64,000 bases of DNA from the human T2T-CHM13v2.0 reference genome, Homo sapiens (GCF_009914755.1 NC_060929.1); one strand, 5' to 3'. Shown: positions 45,164-61,779, counted from the stretch's first letter. A program made the numbers and translations. Notes: generated by a model not told the origin, from the sequence alone.

Positions 45164-45480
45164 GACCGGGCGCAGTGGCTCACACCTGTAATCCCAGCAC
45201 TTTGGGAGGCTGAGGGGGGCGGATAACCTGAGGTCAGGAGTTCGAGACTAGCCTGGCCAACATGGTGAAACCCCATCTCTACTAAAAATACAAAAATTAG
45301 CCGGGCATGGTGGTGGGCACCTGTAGTCCATGCTACTCAGGAGACTGAGTAAGGAGAATCGCTTGAACCTGGGAGATACAGTTTGCAGTGAGCTGAGATC
45401 ATGCTGCTGCACTCCAGCTTGGGTGACAGAAGGAGACTCCGTCTCAAAAAAAAAAAAAAATAAATAAATAATAAAAATAA
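45164..45480 (+). mobile_element. AluSx/Sz
   Basis: Full dimer with cctgaggtcaggagttcgagac and A/AAAT tail. Confidence 0.94.
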
Positions 45481-48400
45481 AAAAACATGAAAACATACTA
45501 CCGGTGAAAGAGAGCCTCTAAGGGGAAAATACATGTAAACTGCTACTTGAAAGAGAAAGAAGAAATTAAGTGGGTTATAGCATTAGAAGAAAAATTAATT
45601 ATGTTCTAGGTTTGAAAAAAAAGAAGGCAAATTGTGAAATGTGTTAAAAGACTTGAAGAAAGTACTGTGTGGCTAGAGCTTAGGGCAGAAAGGGCAATGG
45701 CAATACCACCATTATGAATGCAGCGATTTTACTTGGTTCTTACCAGAACCAGAATTTGTATAGCATAAAATCAGCTTTATTTTCGGGGCCAGGCTTCAGC
45801 AAGTAAACTTTTTTCCTCTCTTACTAATATTACTTGAAAGCTATTTCCTTATTTGAAAATTTGCTTAAATTATAAAACTTGAACGAGGTTGATTTTTACT
45901 TCTTTGTGAAAAGTGGTTCTGTTATTATCACCAATGAACAGAAGAAAGAATTGAGGCACCGGAAGTTAATCAACTTTCCAGAGGAATCCTGACAGATTCA
46001 AACCAAGGGCTAGTCCGTAAAGCTTACAGGTCTATTTCTTCCTAGACTGCCAAATTTCTTCCTGCATCTCTATAATATATCTAGCTAGATTTCTTCAATG
46101 CAGAGAGCTTCCCTAATCAATGAGACTGAAAAGGCAAATGGGAATATTTCAGCAAGCATCCCAGTAAAGATCAATTTTTCAGTCTTGACATGAACCATAG
46201 AGGAAAGTATCTACTTTTCTTGGATGACTAAGCCAATTTAGCTACCATTGAGTAAAACCATTTACTTGCTGCCCTGCAAAAGAAGATAATTTAACATATT
46301 AAGTTTCCAACCACTTTTAGCATTGATTAGGTATGACCCATGACAACAAATTGGGAACATTTTAGCTAATACAGCTATGGCAGAGCCTTCATTATTAGCC
46401 TGAGTCCCAGAATGAACTCATTTGGTCCAATCTAACCCACACTTTAAGTCAGTGGGAGGTAAATTTCTGTGTGTCTATCCACTGATATTTGGGTAGAGGA
46501 TTTTCTCTAACAGCAGCAAACTCATATAAAAAACCAGCATATCTTTATGTATTTGCCACATACATAGGAAAGAAGTAGATATGATTAGTGATTCCTGAGG
46601 AAAACCCTTCCATAACAACTTGAATCATTTATTTTCTTCTGTCTTCTCAACATTACTACTTAGAACAGCACACTTTTCAAATTAAAATTCTCTAACTCAC
46701 ATCTAAATTGATCTCCCTATACCTCTCAATAGCCTCTCCTTAGGGTGATCTCTAGATAACGAAAATGCTATTACTAGTCGTAATATTTCTGTTCAGGTTT
46801 CCAAATGTATTTTATTCATATTAGAAATGTATTATATAATGAAGCTCCTTTTGTCTCACTTTCCGTATCTAATCATCAAATTATTCAAAGTGTGGTTTTA
46901 GTCATTAAGATATACAATGTAGAAAATTTGTCAGAATCATGAATGTACTTTAGTAAAAAATTATGTTTCTCACATTATTTACTACTTAAAATTGTTTAAA
47001 AATGATATTATTTGAAAGATCATATATTTTCTTCAAATTCATCAGAGACACTGATAGCATCAAACTAAAAATTTCAATAATTTGACTTACAAATATTTAA
47101 ATTACATGAAAAGGTAATTAAAACATCTGTTGATTATAAAAATATAGATGGCAAATAATTGCCAGTTAAATTTTAATGTAGTTTGTTGTATATAATTGTG
47201 TATTTATAACTGATAATTATAGTTATACACATATTCATTTAATTTCTATACTGAGTTATATTGATTTAATTACTTGGCTGATTTATCTTTGACTCTATTC
47301 AAAAATCTATCCAATCTTGACTTTTAAATTTGTTCATTGGGAAGAACAGAAAAACTATGCATCATAATTTCAATATAATTCCTTATTTCTATTCAGGCCA
47401 ATAATTATTTGACTAATAGGCAAGAGCTGTTAAAAGTAAATGGCTTGATGCCTTTAAGAATCCCCAATGCATTCTGTAGGGAGGCAATACTGGCAATACA
47501 ACTCTTTTTCTTTCAAAGAAGAATTGTAAAGTATAAATTTGGTATTCTCAAATTTTTGGATTGTTCATCTGAATTTTATTTTAGGCATGCCGTTAGTTAT
47601 ATTCCAAGTAAACCCTAAAATAGATTTTGTGGACCATGAAAAGTGAAAAGTATTGGAGAATAAAAAGTGGAAGGGTTGTGTAGTGTGTGGGTCGTACTTA
47701 AAAATAGAATATAAAAATCAAACTGCAGCAAAGCATGGCATACATTCAACAATGCCTTGTAAAGATCAGGAAGCCAGACCAGAATCAAGGGCCTTCTGCA
47801 AATACCAGTTCGTCCTGTCCAACATGGTTGATTTTCAAATAGAGTAGTCATTGCTGTCTTGGTGAGGCTTTAAGTACACACTGCAAAGGAAGCCATACAA
47901 GACACTACAAAGTCCAGACCTGGCATCTCTTCCTCATTATCTCACATCCTAGACAGCTCTACTTTTCTGTCAGATTTTGCTCTATCATGCTTTTCCCTAC
48001 CAAATGGTTTCATTTGTTTCACATGGTGTATTATACATCACAGCTTTCCCTCCACCCACTATCTCTGCCATTCATTCATTCTCATCTTCCTCCATCCCTT
48101 TCACTTGCCTCCAAGAAATTTTCTTATAAAACAGTGTGCTTATTTTCCCTAGGTTTTATATGTATGTATGTGTGTTTGTGTGCAAATAGTCTGTTTGTTT
48201 ATTCTTCAAGATGGTGGCATGAAGAGGGACAAGCAATGACATCATTTGACATAAAGGATGCTTAAAAATCTAAATATTTAAAACAATGATTCTGCTTAAG
48301 TATGTCATACTTTAACTTACAAAAATTAAGCATGTCAATGATTTTAATAGTTGGAGAGAGATTAAGCAAGGCTGACCAAGTAAGTATATCTTTCTGCCAC

Positions 48401-48542
48401 CAGAGACTTAATCACAGGCAATAGGTAAGTGAGGTTTCAAAGTACCTTGGGGTTGTTTCTGAAATATGCCTAGAAAAGGAAATCCATTGGTTGCTTCAAA
48501 GAGCTAACATATTGCTAGTTATTTAGTTTCAGTAGTTATGTA

Positions 48543-48626
48543 TGCATACTCTGTCAACTGGATGTAAATAATATGTGTTTTGTGTGCATACTCTGTCAAC
48601 TGGATGTAAATAATATGTGTTTTGTG
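48543..48626. repeat. Perfect 42-bp tandem duplication
   Basis: tgcatactctgtcaactggatgtaaataatatgtgttttgtg, two identical copies. Confidence 0.95.
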
Positions 48627-49484
48627 AGAGAAGAGTTTGGTTTCAAGGTAATTGTTTATCATCTATTTTTGTAGTATGGTAGTTCAGGAACACTGACTGA
48701 CCCACTTAATAAAAATAAATTTAAAATTTTTGATTAAAAAATCTGAAAAATGAATCAGTGTGTTGGAGAAAAAGTTAAAGAACCAAAGGCCAATAACTAT
48801 GTGGTATGTAAGCATAAAATCGAATTAGCATTCTCCCTGCTGCTATTGCTGACGCAGGTAAACTTAAATCTGTTTTTCATTGTCATAGGACTAAAGGAAC
48901 AGGTGACAAAGTGATCCTGCTCAAGATGAAAAGTCTGACAGGCATGCCATTTTTACAACAGAGAAAACTGCAAATTAACTCAATACTTGGGACTTAGCAG
49001 TGAATAGTGTCTTGAGACATGAAGCTAAGTTAAAAATTTAAAAAAAAAGGAAAAGAAATATATCTTAAATAGGTAAACAAAGGCACCCTTCATATATATT
49101 TCTACCTAAAGTAAAGTGGGCAACTCAAAAAATCAACAATTAAGAATTTATTTAAAATATTCTGGGCTACAACTTCCATTAGACATCCAGAAAAGAAATG
49201 CAAATTTCCTTTGGAAAAAAGCTATGCAAACACAAATCTAAGAGAAATCATACATTTAATGTTGAAAGATATACAAGATCATAGATAAAAATATCAGAAA
49301 TACATATACACCCACATCAGAAAATAAATGACCATAAGTGAGCTAGCACAAGAGAATAAGACATGTAACAAATGTGAAATTATCAAACGCAATACAAAAT
49401 ACATGCTTAATGTTTAAAAATATAAAAATGAACTCAAAATCAGAATAAATGGTCATAGAAAAAACAGAAAACCAAAATAAAATT

Positions 49485-49728
49485 AAGATATCCAGATACT
49501 TAAATATATATTTATATCCAGATAGAAGATATCCAGATATTTAAATATATATATTTATATCCAGATATAAGATATCTAGATATTTAAATATATATTTATA
49601 TAGATGTGTGTGTATGTATGTGTGTATATATATACACATATATATACATATACATATATATACATATACATATATATACATATACATATATATACATATA
49701 TATACATATACATATATATACATATACA
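49485..49728. repeat. 41-43-bp minisatellite (three copies) followed by (TG)/(TA)/(CATA) microsatellite
   Basis: Unit aagatatccagata[ct]ttaaatatatatttatatccagata starts at 49485, 49526 and 49569. Confidence 0.88.
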
Positions 49729-50122
49729 TTGAGACCTAAAAGGCAGTGGGTTTAATAGCAGTTCATACATAGCTGAACAGAAATTTCATTAAAAAAATTA
49801 CTAAATTATATCCAATGCTTCACAGTAAGACCAAAAAATTAAAAATGAAAAAGGTTAAAAATAATTGGAGTTCCAGAAATTAATGGGAATAAAAAAACAC
49901 AGGCAGAGACAATATTTGAAAAGTAGTGTCTTAATTTTTCAGAAATGATAAACAACACCGATATGGTTTGGTTTTGTCCCCAACCGGATCTCATCGTGAG
50001 TTCTCATGTGTTGTGGGAGGGAACCAGTGGGAGGTGATCAAATCATGGGGTCTGGTCTTTCCTGTACTGTTCTCATGATAGTGAATAAGTCTCATGAGAT
50101 CTGATGGTTTTTAAAATGGGAG

Positions 50123-53071
<2,949 letters not shown>

Positions 53072-53267
53072 AAAATGGGAGTTGCCATGCACAATCTCTC
53101 TCTTTGCCTGCTGCCACTCATGTAAGACCTCACTTGCTCCTCCATCATGATTGTGAGGCCTCCCCAGCCATTTGGAACTGTAAGTTCATTAAACATCTTT
53201 CCTTTGTAAATTGCCCAGTCTTGGGTATGTCTTCATTAGCCGCATGAAAACATACTAATACAAATCC

Positions 53268-53625
53268 TGATATGGTTAGGCTGTGTGTCGCCAACCAAAT
53301 CTCTTCTCAAATTGTAATCCCCAAGTGTTGAGAAAGGGACCTGGCAGGAGGTGATTGGATCATGGGGGCAGTTTCCCCCATGCTGTTCTCATGATAATAG
53401 GGGGAGTTCTCAGGAGATCTGATGGTTTTATAAATGGCAGTTTCCCCAGGGCTTTTTGCTCTCTCTTTGCCATGTAAGACATGCCTGCTTCCCTTTCTGC
53501 CATGATTGTAAGTTTTCTGATGCTTCCCCAGCCTTGCAGAACTGTGCATCAATTAAATCTCTTTTCTTTATAAACTACCCAGTCTCAGGAAGTTCTTTAT
53601 AGCAGTGTGAGAACAAATTAATACA
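53268..53625 (+). mobile_element. THE1D/MSTA-like solo LTR
   Basis: tgatatggttaggctgtgtg…gagaacaaattaataca. Confidence 0.9.
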
Positions 53626-54520
53626 AATACTAACTCAAATAACCCAAAGGTGACATAAATCTCAATCAAAATAAATGGAAACCAATGCAAATAAATTCAT
53701 ATAATAATGATAAAGAGATAATAACTCCAAGAACATAAATATATCCCTTGAAAGAGATTGTAATTAGACTTACATCTGACTAATCATAGCATCAATGGAA
53801 ACTAGAAGACAATGGACTAATATTTTCAATTCATGTAGAGAAAATGGTCAACTAAAGATTGTATACAAAGCAAAAATATTCTTTACCAGTAGTAATGGTG
53901 AAACAAAGATATTTTCAAGCACACAGAAACTGAGTGTGTAACTGTCAAACCCTCCCAAATATAATTCTCAAGCATATATTTAAGATGAAAAATGGATGAT
54001 CCAGATGAAATATTTTACATACAAGAAAAAATTATTAGCAATTAAGTTTGCAAATATGGGGGAAATTTCTCACAAAATTTGTATATGAAAAGCATACACA
54101 TACAAATGAGTAAGCATGTGAAAGTGTTTTTATAAATGTAAATAACATATAAATAAATAAAAATCCAATATGATCAGTAGTGAGGTTGTCTAAAAACCTT
54201 GTATTTCTCAGGAGGAGGATAAACATATAGAATGTCTTTAGACATTCATAAATGTGCATGATAAATTACCAACATAAGCATTAAATAGTCAGGGATTTTT
54301 AAAAATTCTAAAGTACAGCAACCAAATCTATCTTAAAAGAAATAAATAAAAAGTAAAGAAGTAGACATGAATAAACTTTGCAAATATTTAATAAATAAAA
54401 ATTACAAAATAAGATAGAGAAAAAAATTCAAATATGTCAGCAGTTACAGTCTAAGATTGTCAGATTGTATTTTAAACAACATAACAACAATAGCATTAGT
54501 TTATGTTTACAAGATGCATA

Positions 54521-54588
54521 TCCAAAATTAATATATATGTGTGTCCAAAATTTATATATATATGTTTGTCCAAAATTTATATATCTAT
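54521..54588. repeat. 23-25-bp tandem repeat, about three copies
   Basis: tccaaaatt[at]atatatat… units at 54521, 54544 and 54569. Confidence 0.8.
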
Positions 54589-54755
54589 AGAAAGTTAAAG
54601 GATACATATATTTATATATAAAAGAAAATACTAACAAAATAATTTGTTGTGACATTAATAAATTCAAAAAGGCTTGTGAGAAAAACTGTATTACCAAAGA
54701 TAAAAAGGGTCACAGAATAATTATACAAAGAAATAGAGATATCTCTACAATCACG

Positions 54756-55640
54756 CATTCATTTACCCATTCATTTATTTCTTAATCCATTCACACAAAA
54801 GCTATTATTAATGTTTACTAGGAGCCATGTGTAGTTCTAGACACTGATAATATAGCAAGAAACAAAATTAAAAAATACCCTCTGTCTTTTTGGTGTGGGT
54901 ATGTGTGTGTGTGTACATTTGTACAAATGTACATATATATACTTACACATATATAATTTTTTAGAAAAAGGAGACAAATTAGATACATTAAATAATGTCT
55001 GGGAAAGATTTATTAAATGTGGGTTAGGCTTACAATTTTAGATAGGATGGTAGAGTGAGCAAGGTAAGTCTTACTGAGTGAGAAGATGATATTTAAATAA
55101 AGATCCGAAGAAAGTTAGAGTAAGCCAAGCAAATATCTGATAAAAATATGTTCTTGGAAGAGTAAATAGCAAAAAGCACAAAAGCCCTGAATTGGGATTT
55201 TGTCTGGTTTGATTAAGAAACAGCAAAGGCTGCTTGGCCAAATGTGAGTGAGTAAGTAAAAACATGGATCAATGACTAAGGGGAAGATTAGTAGGGAACT
55301 AGGGCAGAGAAAAAAGTCAGGCAAGGGTAGATCATGTGGAGTGTTCTAAAACATTGTAAGTCCTCTGTACACAATTGGCTTGTACTCAGAATGCAATGTG
55401 AAGCCACTGGAGAGTTTTCAGCAGACTTGTGTAGTGATATGACCCAACTCTCCTATTGGGAAGATCAAACTAGGAGTTGTGTTAAAGACCAAATACTGGT
55501 GGCAAAGGGCAGAAGGGAGAAATTTGCAAATACCTAGAAATAGAATGGTGGTAACTTGAGTCAGTGTAGATGCTGATAATTAGTCAGTCTGCATATATAT
55601 TTTAGGACACATGTCATTCACTAATTGATGAATTAGTGGA
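54756..55640 (-). mobile_element. L2a 3' fragment
   Basis: (cattcatt)-like tail read antisense, …gagaagatgatatttaaataaagatcc…gaagccactgggagagttt. Confidence 0.75.
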
Positions 55641-55730
55641 ATAACCAGTAAGCATATAAGTTCTAGCAAGAGTCAAAGTAATCTCATTTCCATTGGCCAG
55701 TGTACTAGAGGACATAGTCAACTCAGGAAG

Positions 55731-56091
55731 TGATATGGTTTGGCTCTCTGAGTCCCCACCCAAATCTTATCTTGTAGCTGCCATAATTCTCATGTATTGT
55801 GGGACAGACATGGTGGAAGATGATTGAATTATGGGGCTGGGTCTTTCTTGTGCTGTTTTTATGATAGTGAATGGACCTCATGAGATCTGATGGTTTTAAA
55901 AATGGGAGTTGCCCTGCACAAGCTCGTTCTTTGCCTGCTGCCATTCATGTAAGATGTGACTTGCTCCTCCTTGCCTTCCACCATGATTTTGAGCCACGTG
56001 GAAATGTGACTTCTCCATTAAAGCTCTTTCCTTTGTAAATGGCCCAGTTTCTGGCATGTCTTTATCAGCAGCATGAAAATAGATAAATACA
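55731..56091 (+). mobile_element. THE1C/B-like 5' LTR
   Basis: tgatatggtttggct…gataaataca followed directly by the internal start gtaaattggtaccag. Confidence 0.92.
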
Positions 56092-57200
56092 GTAAATTGG
56101 TACCAGTAGAGTAGGGCACTGCTGAAAAGGTACACAAAAATGTGGAAGCGACTTTGGAACTGGGTAACAGACAGAGATTGGAACAATTTGGAGGGCTCAG
56201 AAGAAGACAGGAAAATGTGGGAGAGTTTGGAACTTCCTAGAGACTTGTTGAAAGGCTTTGACACAAATGCTGATAGTGATGTGAATAATAAGGTCCAGGC
56301 TAAGGTGGTCTCAGATGGAGATGAAGAACTTGTTGGGAACTGGAGCAAAGGTAACTTTTACTATGTTTTAACAAAGAGACTGGTGGCATTTTGCCCCTGC
56401 CCATAGATTTGTTGAAATCTGAGATTGAGAAAGATGATTTAGGGTATCTGGAGGGAGAAATTTCTAAGCAGCAAAGCATTCAAGAGGTGATTTGGGAGCT
56501 GTTAAAGGCATTCTGTTTTATAAGGAAAGCAGAGCATAAAAGTTTGGAAAACTTGCAGTCTGACAATGCAATAGTAAAGAAAATCCCATTTTCTGAGGAG
56601 AAATTCAAGCTGGATGCAGAAATTTGCATAAGTAACGAGGAGCAGAATGTCAATTCCCAAGACAATGGGGAAAATATCTCCAGAACATGTAAGAGACCTT
56701 TGCAGCAGCCCCTCCCGTTACAGGCCCACAGGTTTAAGAAAAAAAGTGGTTTCCTGGGCTGGGCCCAGAGTCTCCCTGTGTGTGCAGCCTAGGGACTTGG
56801 TGCTCTGAGTCCCAGCCCCTCCAGCCATGGCTGAAATGGGCCAATGTAGAGCTCGGGCTGTGGCTCCTGAGGGTGCAAGCCTTAAGCCATGGCGTCTTCC
56901 ATGTGGTGTTGAGCCTGCGAGTACACAGAATTCAAGACTTGAGGTCTCCGCCTAGATTTCAGATGTGTGAAAATGTCAGGATGCCCAGGCATAATAGTAC
57001 ACCTGGCATTAATCTTTGTTGTAAATCCAAATAACTTAAAACTGAAATAATATATTGGTTAAGGTAATAGACATTTTTAAGACTATAAAGAAACATTTAT
57101 AAGACTGTAAAGAGGTCCTCATGGAGAACCTCTGCTAGGGCAGTGAAGAAGGGAAACGGGGGTGGGAGCCCCCACAAAGACTCCCTACTGGGGCACCACA
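56092..57200 (+). mobile_element. THE1 internal region (3'-truncated), with foreign insert at 56993-57111
   Basis: MaLR-int ORF remnant (…NNLEGSEEDRKMWESLELPRDLL…); internal sequence resumes at ctcatggagaacctctgctagggcagtg. Confidence 0.9.
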
Positions 57201-59189
57201 TTGAAGCACAAAACAAGTTATATAATTTGCTGATAGATACAGGAGCCAGGAGTCAAACCTAGGTAGTCTGCCCACTGAGGCCAGGCTCTTCATGTTGACA
57301 ACATCTTGCCTTTCTTAACTGTACGTGTGCATCTCAGAATAGTATACATGGCATTAATCATTGATGTAAATCCAAAGAACTTAAAACTGAAATAGTATAT
57401 TGGTTAAGGTAATAGACATTTTTTAAGACTGTAAAGAAGTAAGAGAATGATAACCTCAAAGTTCACAATATTAACTGCCTTTAAAGCAGGAATGAAGGGA
57501 TGGAAACTGCAATGAGTGCTCAGGGTACTTCAAAATTAATAATACTAATTTTATTCTGTTCTTCTTTGAGTTCTTATTCATTGGGCTTAGCATATTGTTA
57601 ACAAGCACTCATTTTTGTCTACTAAATACTTAATAAAAATTATTTAAAAAGTAAAATAATATGGGCATTTGTTCTAAAGTTCCTCATTTATAGAACTGAG
57701 AAAGTCCTATAATCTGGAGAAGACTACCGCATTTGGATTATACGGTTTCATTGTGGGATCCAGAGGCAGAAATAACTTGTAGCATATGAAAAGGGCAAAT
57801 AATCTGATTAGAAAATACATAACAATTACATGGCAGCAGGTGGAAATAAGTGCAAACCCTTACCCTAAATGGATCAAAAGGTTTATGGTTCAGTGAATCT
57901 GAGAAGAAAGAATTGTCTATAAATAATATCATTATAGGTTATAGGTTATATATCAGCAAAAAAATGGAAAGATATTGGGGAAATATATTTTTAATTAGGT
58001 AATTGTAGACTGAACAAATGGTCTTATCAAAATGATGCTGGTTTTGGATAAAAAAATTTGATAGGCATTACTTTAAAAATGTCACTGGGATCTGCCATTG
58101 ACCATATTCTATTTAAATGCTAATCTACATATCCAAGTTAAAGGTTATATACATACTTCTGGTTGACACGAAGTAGGAAGGGATAGTTAACAACCTGAAA
58201 TAAATTGAAAAGCAGATCTCAGTGACTGAATCCAATAACAGCGTGTGGTGGAAAAGACCTAAGAATAAAGTCCGCTGAAGGAATAAATATTTATAGTGAT
58301 CATTAAACTAATGTGACCCAAGAGAAAGTTGTTTGGATTATAATATCTTGCATGGATGGATATCATGATTCTCATTGTATTCTGTGCGTGCTAGAAAATC
58401 AATGGCTTCTCCAAGTACACAGAAATACAGGTAATTTTAGGCAGAGCAATATGACAGGAATGATGTACATGAAGACTTGTTCGAAGCATTGATTAAGATG
58501 TCAGGGATGGTGAACATGATAGTTGTATGTTTATATATATATTTTCATTCATATCTCCATTCACTTAACAGGTATTTTATTGATTACTCACATATGCTAA
58601 TGGAAAAGTTATTATTTTCTATATTTTCCTGGGCTCAAATAAAGAATAGCAAAAAAAGTTAGACAAAGATAATTTTCAATTTTTCTGAAGGTCAAAGTGG
58701 CAGCCTCAAAAGGAGTTTGATTCTCATTATTGAATAAACTGAAGGAAGTTTGGTCAATTTCATAATTCATTTTCCATAGAATAACTTCTAATAATAGATG
58801 AGTTATTGGGGAAAAATGGAGGCATACTATAGTGAGGAAAATGACAAATTTTTAATTCAGACATGAGTAGATTTAAATTATGTTTCTGTCTTATACTAAC
58901 TGGAGGACTTGGGACAACTTAGTTAACTATCTGCAGTTTAATATTTTTTAGAGTCATGCAACCTCAAAACTTTTTGACACTCTATAAATGCTATCTCATA
59001 TACTTTACAATATCTTGCAAATATTTCTATCACCCTCAAGATACACGATATTTTATAGATAAGAAATCTGAGGTGGCTGTTATTTTACATTACCTACACA
59101 AGATACTGAAAGGATTTGATGGATTGAATTAGTGGTCCCAGTTATTTCATCCATTGTGTGAAAATTACACAATCGCAGTCTTGTCTTGG

Positions 59190-59584
59190 TCTACTGATAG
59201 GAGGAGTGCCACAGTTTAACTGAGGCTTGGCTTTAACTGAGGCTTGGCTATGTGTCTTGTTTGCCTAATGTGATATTGGCAACCTTGAAGAGAACAGACA
59301 TGTGAAATGCTCATATTCACTTTGGCGTGGACCTTTTCTATTTCTGTTCTCACAATGAGATACTTCTACCCCAAGTAGTCATTGCCACTTATGCATCCCC
59401 AGAATAAATACATTGACAATGACCTTACTCTTGCTGACCAGAGCCTGAGACAAAGTTGTCCAGCAAAGGCTACTCTTCATCAGTGGAACCACAGTTAACT
59501 GGTAGACACACCTGAGCATGAGAATAAAAGTTGGTTGTGGATGGTCTATGATACAGCAATATTATGACAGTAGGTGACTTACAG
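59190..59584 (+). mobile_element. Old MLT1 (H/I/J-like) LTR
   Basis: atgtgtcttgtttgcctaatgtgat…ccccagaataaataca…gagcatgagaataaaagttggttg…acagcaatattatgacagtaggtgacttaca. Confidence 0.6.
59215..59248. repeat. Perfect 17-bp tandem duplication
   Basis: tttaactgaggcttggc, two copies. Confidence 0.9.
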
Positions 59585-61023
59585 ATGAACCTGAAAAACC
59601 ACAGCTTTTTAACGTTAGTGGTTTTCCTTTTGTATTTATGTCAGCATAAAACATATGTACCAGATATTAGGTTATATAATATTTTCATTATATCACACAT
59701 CACTACTAAAGGCTAAATGATTTTTTAAAAGGCTAAATCAAAGCCTACTTTTGCTATAAAATGAATGTCTTCCTCAGGCGATATCATCAAAAGGATGAAT
59801 AAACCTGGCTAATTAATCTATTTCATGGTAAGAAAGGTGAAACATGAATTTCCGTCATGTGAATCACAAGACAAAATTTTCATCTATTCTAAAGATGGGA
59901 TTAGACAATTAAATTGTTTAAGAAAAGTTTTGTTTAATGTATTTCTAATAGGTATATGAAAATAACATGGTTAATATTTACATATTTATAAAAACCCTAA
60001 AATTAGCAATTTATGTATGTATACATGTATATATATGCCAATAATAATTTCATTACAGCATAGTTCATGAATATTATCCTGTACTGTGAATGAACCCTAA
60101 TCAGAGTATTGACTTGAGTTATCTGGATATTTTTTAAATGATGATATTCCCCCTAATGATCTGTTATAATTAATATATATAATTAGAAAAAGGAGGCACT
60201 TTCTGCTTTTGAAGTTCTCCCTTATTTTCAAATCAAATAGTTACGTGCTCTCCTTTTTATATAGTTTTCTTCTGTGTGTGTACATATATATACATCTTTC
60301 TATATTTTCTGTTTCTAATTATTTTCTGATTCCTAGAAAGAGATAATGTATCATTTTTCAAATTGCCTTTAGAATTGAATTTCATGTAAAACATCATCAA
60401 ATTTGATTTTAAAATCTAAGTCCAATTATTTTATTATATTAACTTAATTTTAATATATTCCATTAGAGAGAAAGAAAATTATTCACTTCTCTATTAAATG
60501 TATGTGCACTATAATTTTCTGAATCATTATTACATAATATATATGATTAATATTAAACACTGATAACAAACTTAAATATGCTAAAAAATGAAACAACATA
60601 AACTCCTCATTAACCATATCAACATAACTTTTCTTAAATCAGCTATTTTATATAATTTATGAAGCCTATCTTAGATCAGTTTAGGCATAATTTAGTGCCT
60701 ATTGTATCCTATATTCTGAGATTCAAATATTAAAAGATGAGAGATTCAAGAATAAATCAGTTCCTACTGATTTTCTCAAATGTTCATAGTTTAAGTTGAG
60801 AGACAAATCAATAAAATGAATAATATGAAATAAGGGGAAGCAGAGAAATATATATTTCTATAAAGAAAAAACTTTTTTGGAGGATGAGGAGAACTCAAGA
60901 AAAGTTTTCTAAGAAAACGATTGAGTAGAATATTCAAATATAAATGTGAATTAGTGAAAGAGAATTGAGATGATTCTGAGAAATGAAATAGGAGAGACAA
61001 AGGAAGGTAGGGGTTTTGGAGTT

Positions 61024-61068
61024 TGTGTGTGTGTGTGTGTGTCTGTGTGTGTGTGTGTGTGTGTGTGT
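61024..61068. repeat. (TG)n microsatellite
   Basis: One TC interruption. Confidence 0.93.
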
Positions 61069-61286
61069 ATTTCAAATGAGCCTGGAAAAGTACAAGACAG
61101 AGCATGGTGAGTGTTATGTCTAGGTCTTTAAACTTTATAGGAAGTAAATGGAGGATGTCAAGTGAAGGGATATGGCCAGTTCCTCCTGGATAGATTACAT
61201 TAGCTATATTCCAAAATATAAATTATAAAAACAAAAACCAGGAAGACTAGGCTGTCACTAATTTTGCAGTAAAAATTATTAAATCC

Positions 61287-61581
61287 AGCCGGGTACGGTG
61301 GGTCACACCTGTAATCCCAGCACATTGGGAGCCCGAGGCGGGTGGATCACGAGGTCAGGAGTTCAAGACCAACCTGGCCGAGATGGTGAAACCCCGTCTC
61401 GACTAAAAATACAAAAAAAATTAGCTGGGCGCGGTGGCGAGCGCCTGTAATCCAAGCTACTCAGGAGGCTGAGGCAGAGAATTGCTTGAAGCTGGGAGGT
61501 GGAGGTTACAGTATGCCGAGATTGCACCACCGCACTCCAGCCTGGGTGACAAAGCAAGACTCTGTCCCCCCCAAAAAAAAA
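61287..61581 (+). mobile_element. AluSg-like
   Basis: ggatcacgaggtcaggagttc; TSD attaaatcc at 61278-61286 and 61582-61590. Confidence 0.92.
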
Positions 61582-61779
61582 ATTAAATCCACATAAAATA
61601 ATAGTAAATAGAAATATTTTTGAAAGGTACTTAGAATTCAACTTATCTAATCTTGATTCGGCAGGTACTGGTGAAGAAGAAAAGGTCAAAGCCACTTCCA
61701 AGTCACAGATTTTCATGACTGAATGGGAGATGTTATTACTGACTAGAATAAAAATAAAAAAAGTTATAAATCATATCTA

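Noticed and set aside
48543-49605. 42-bp and 41-43-bp repeats as a CRISPR-like array
   Set aside because: Head-to-tail repeats with no unique spacers, no cas genes, mammalian context
56140-57034. Overlapping 84-150 aa ORFs as a host gene
   Set aside because: Frameshifted remnants of the THE1 MaLR internal ORF and antisense translations of it
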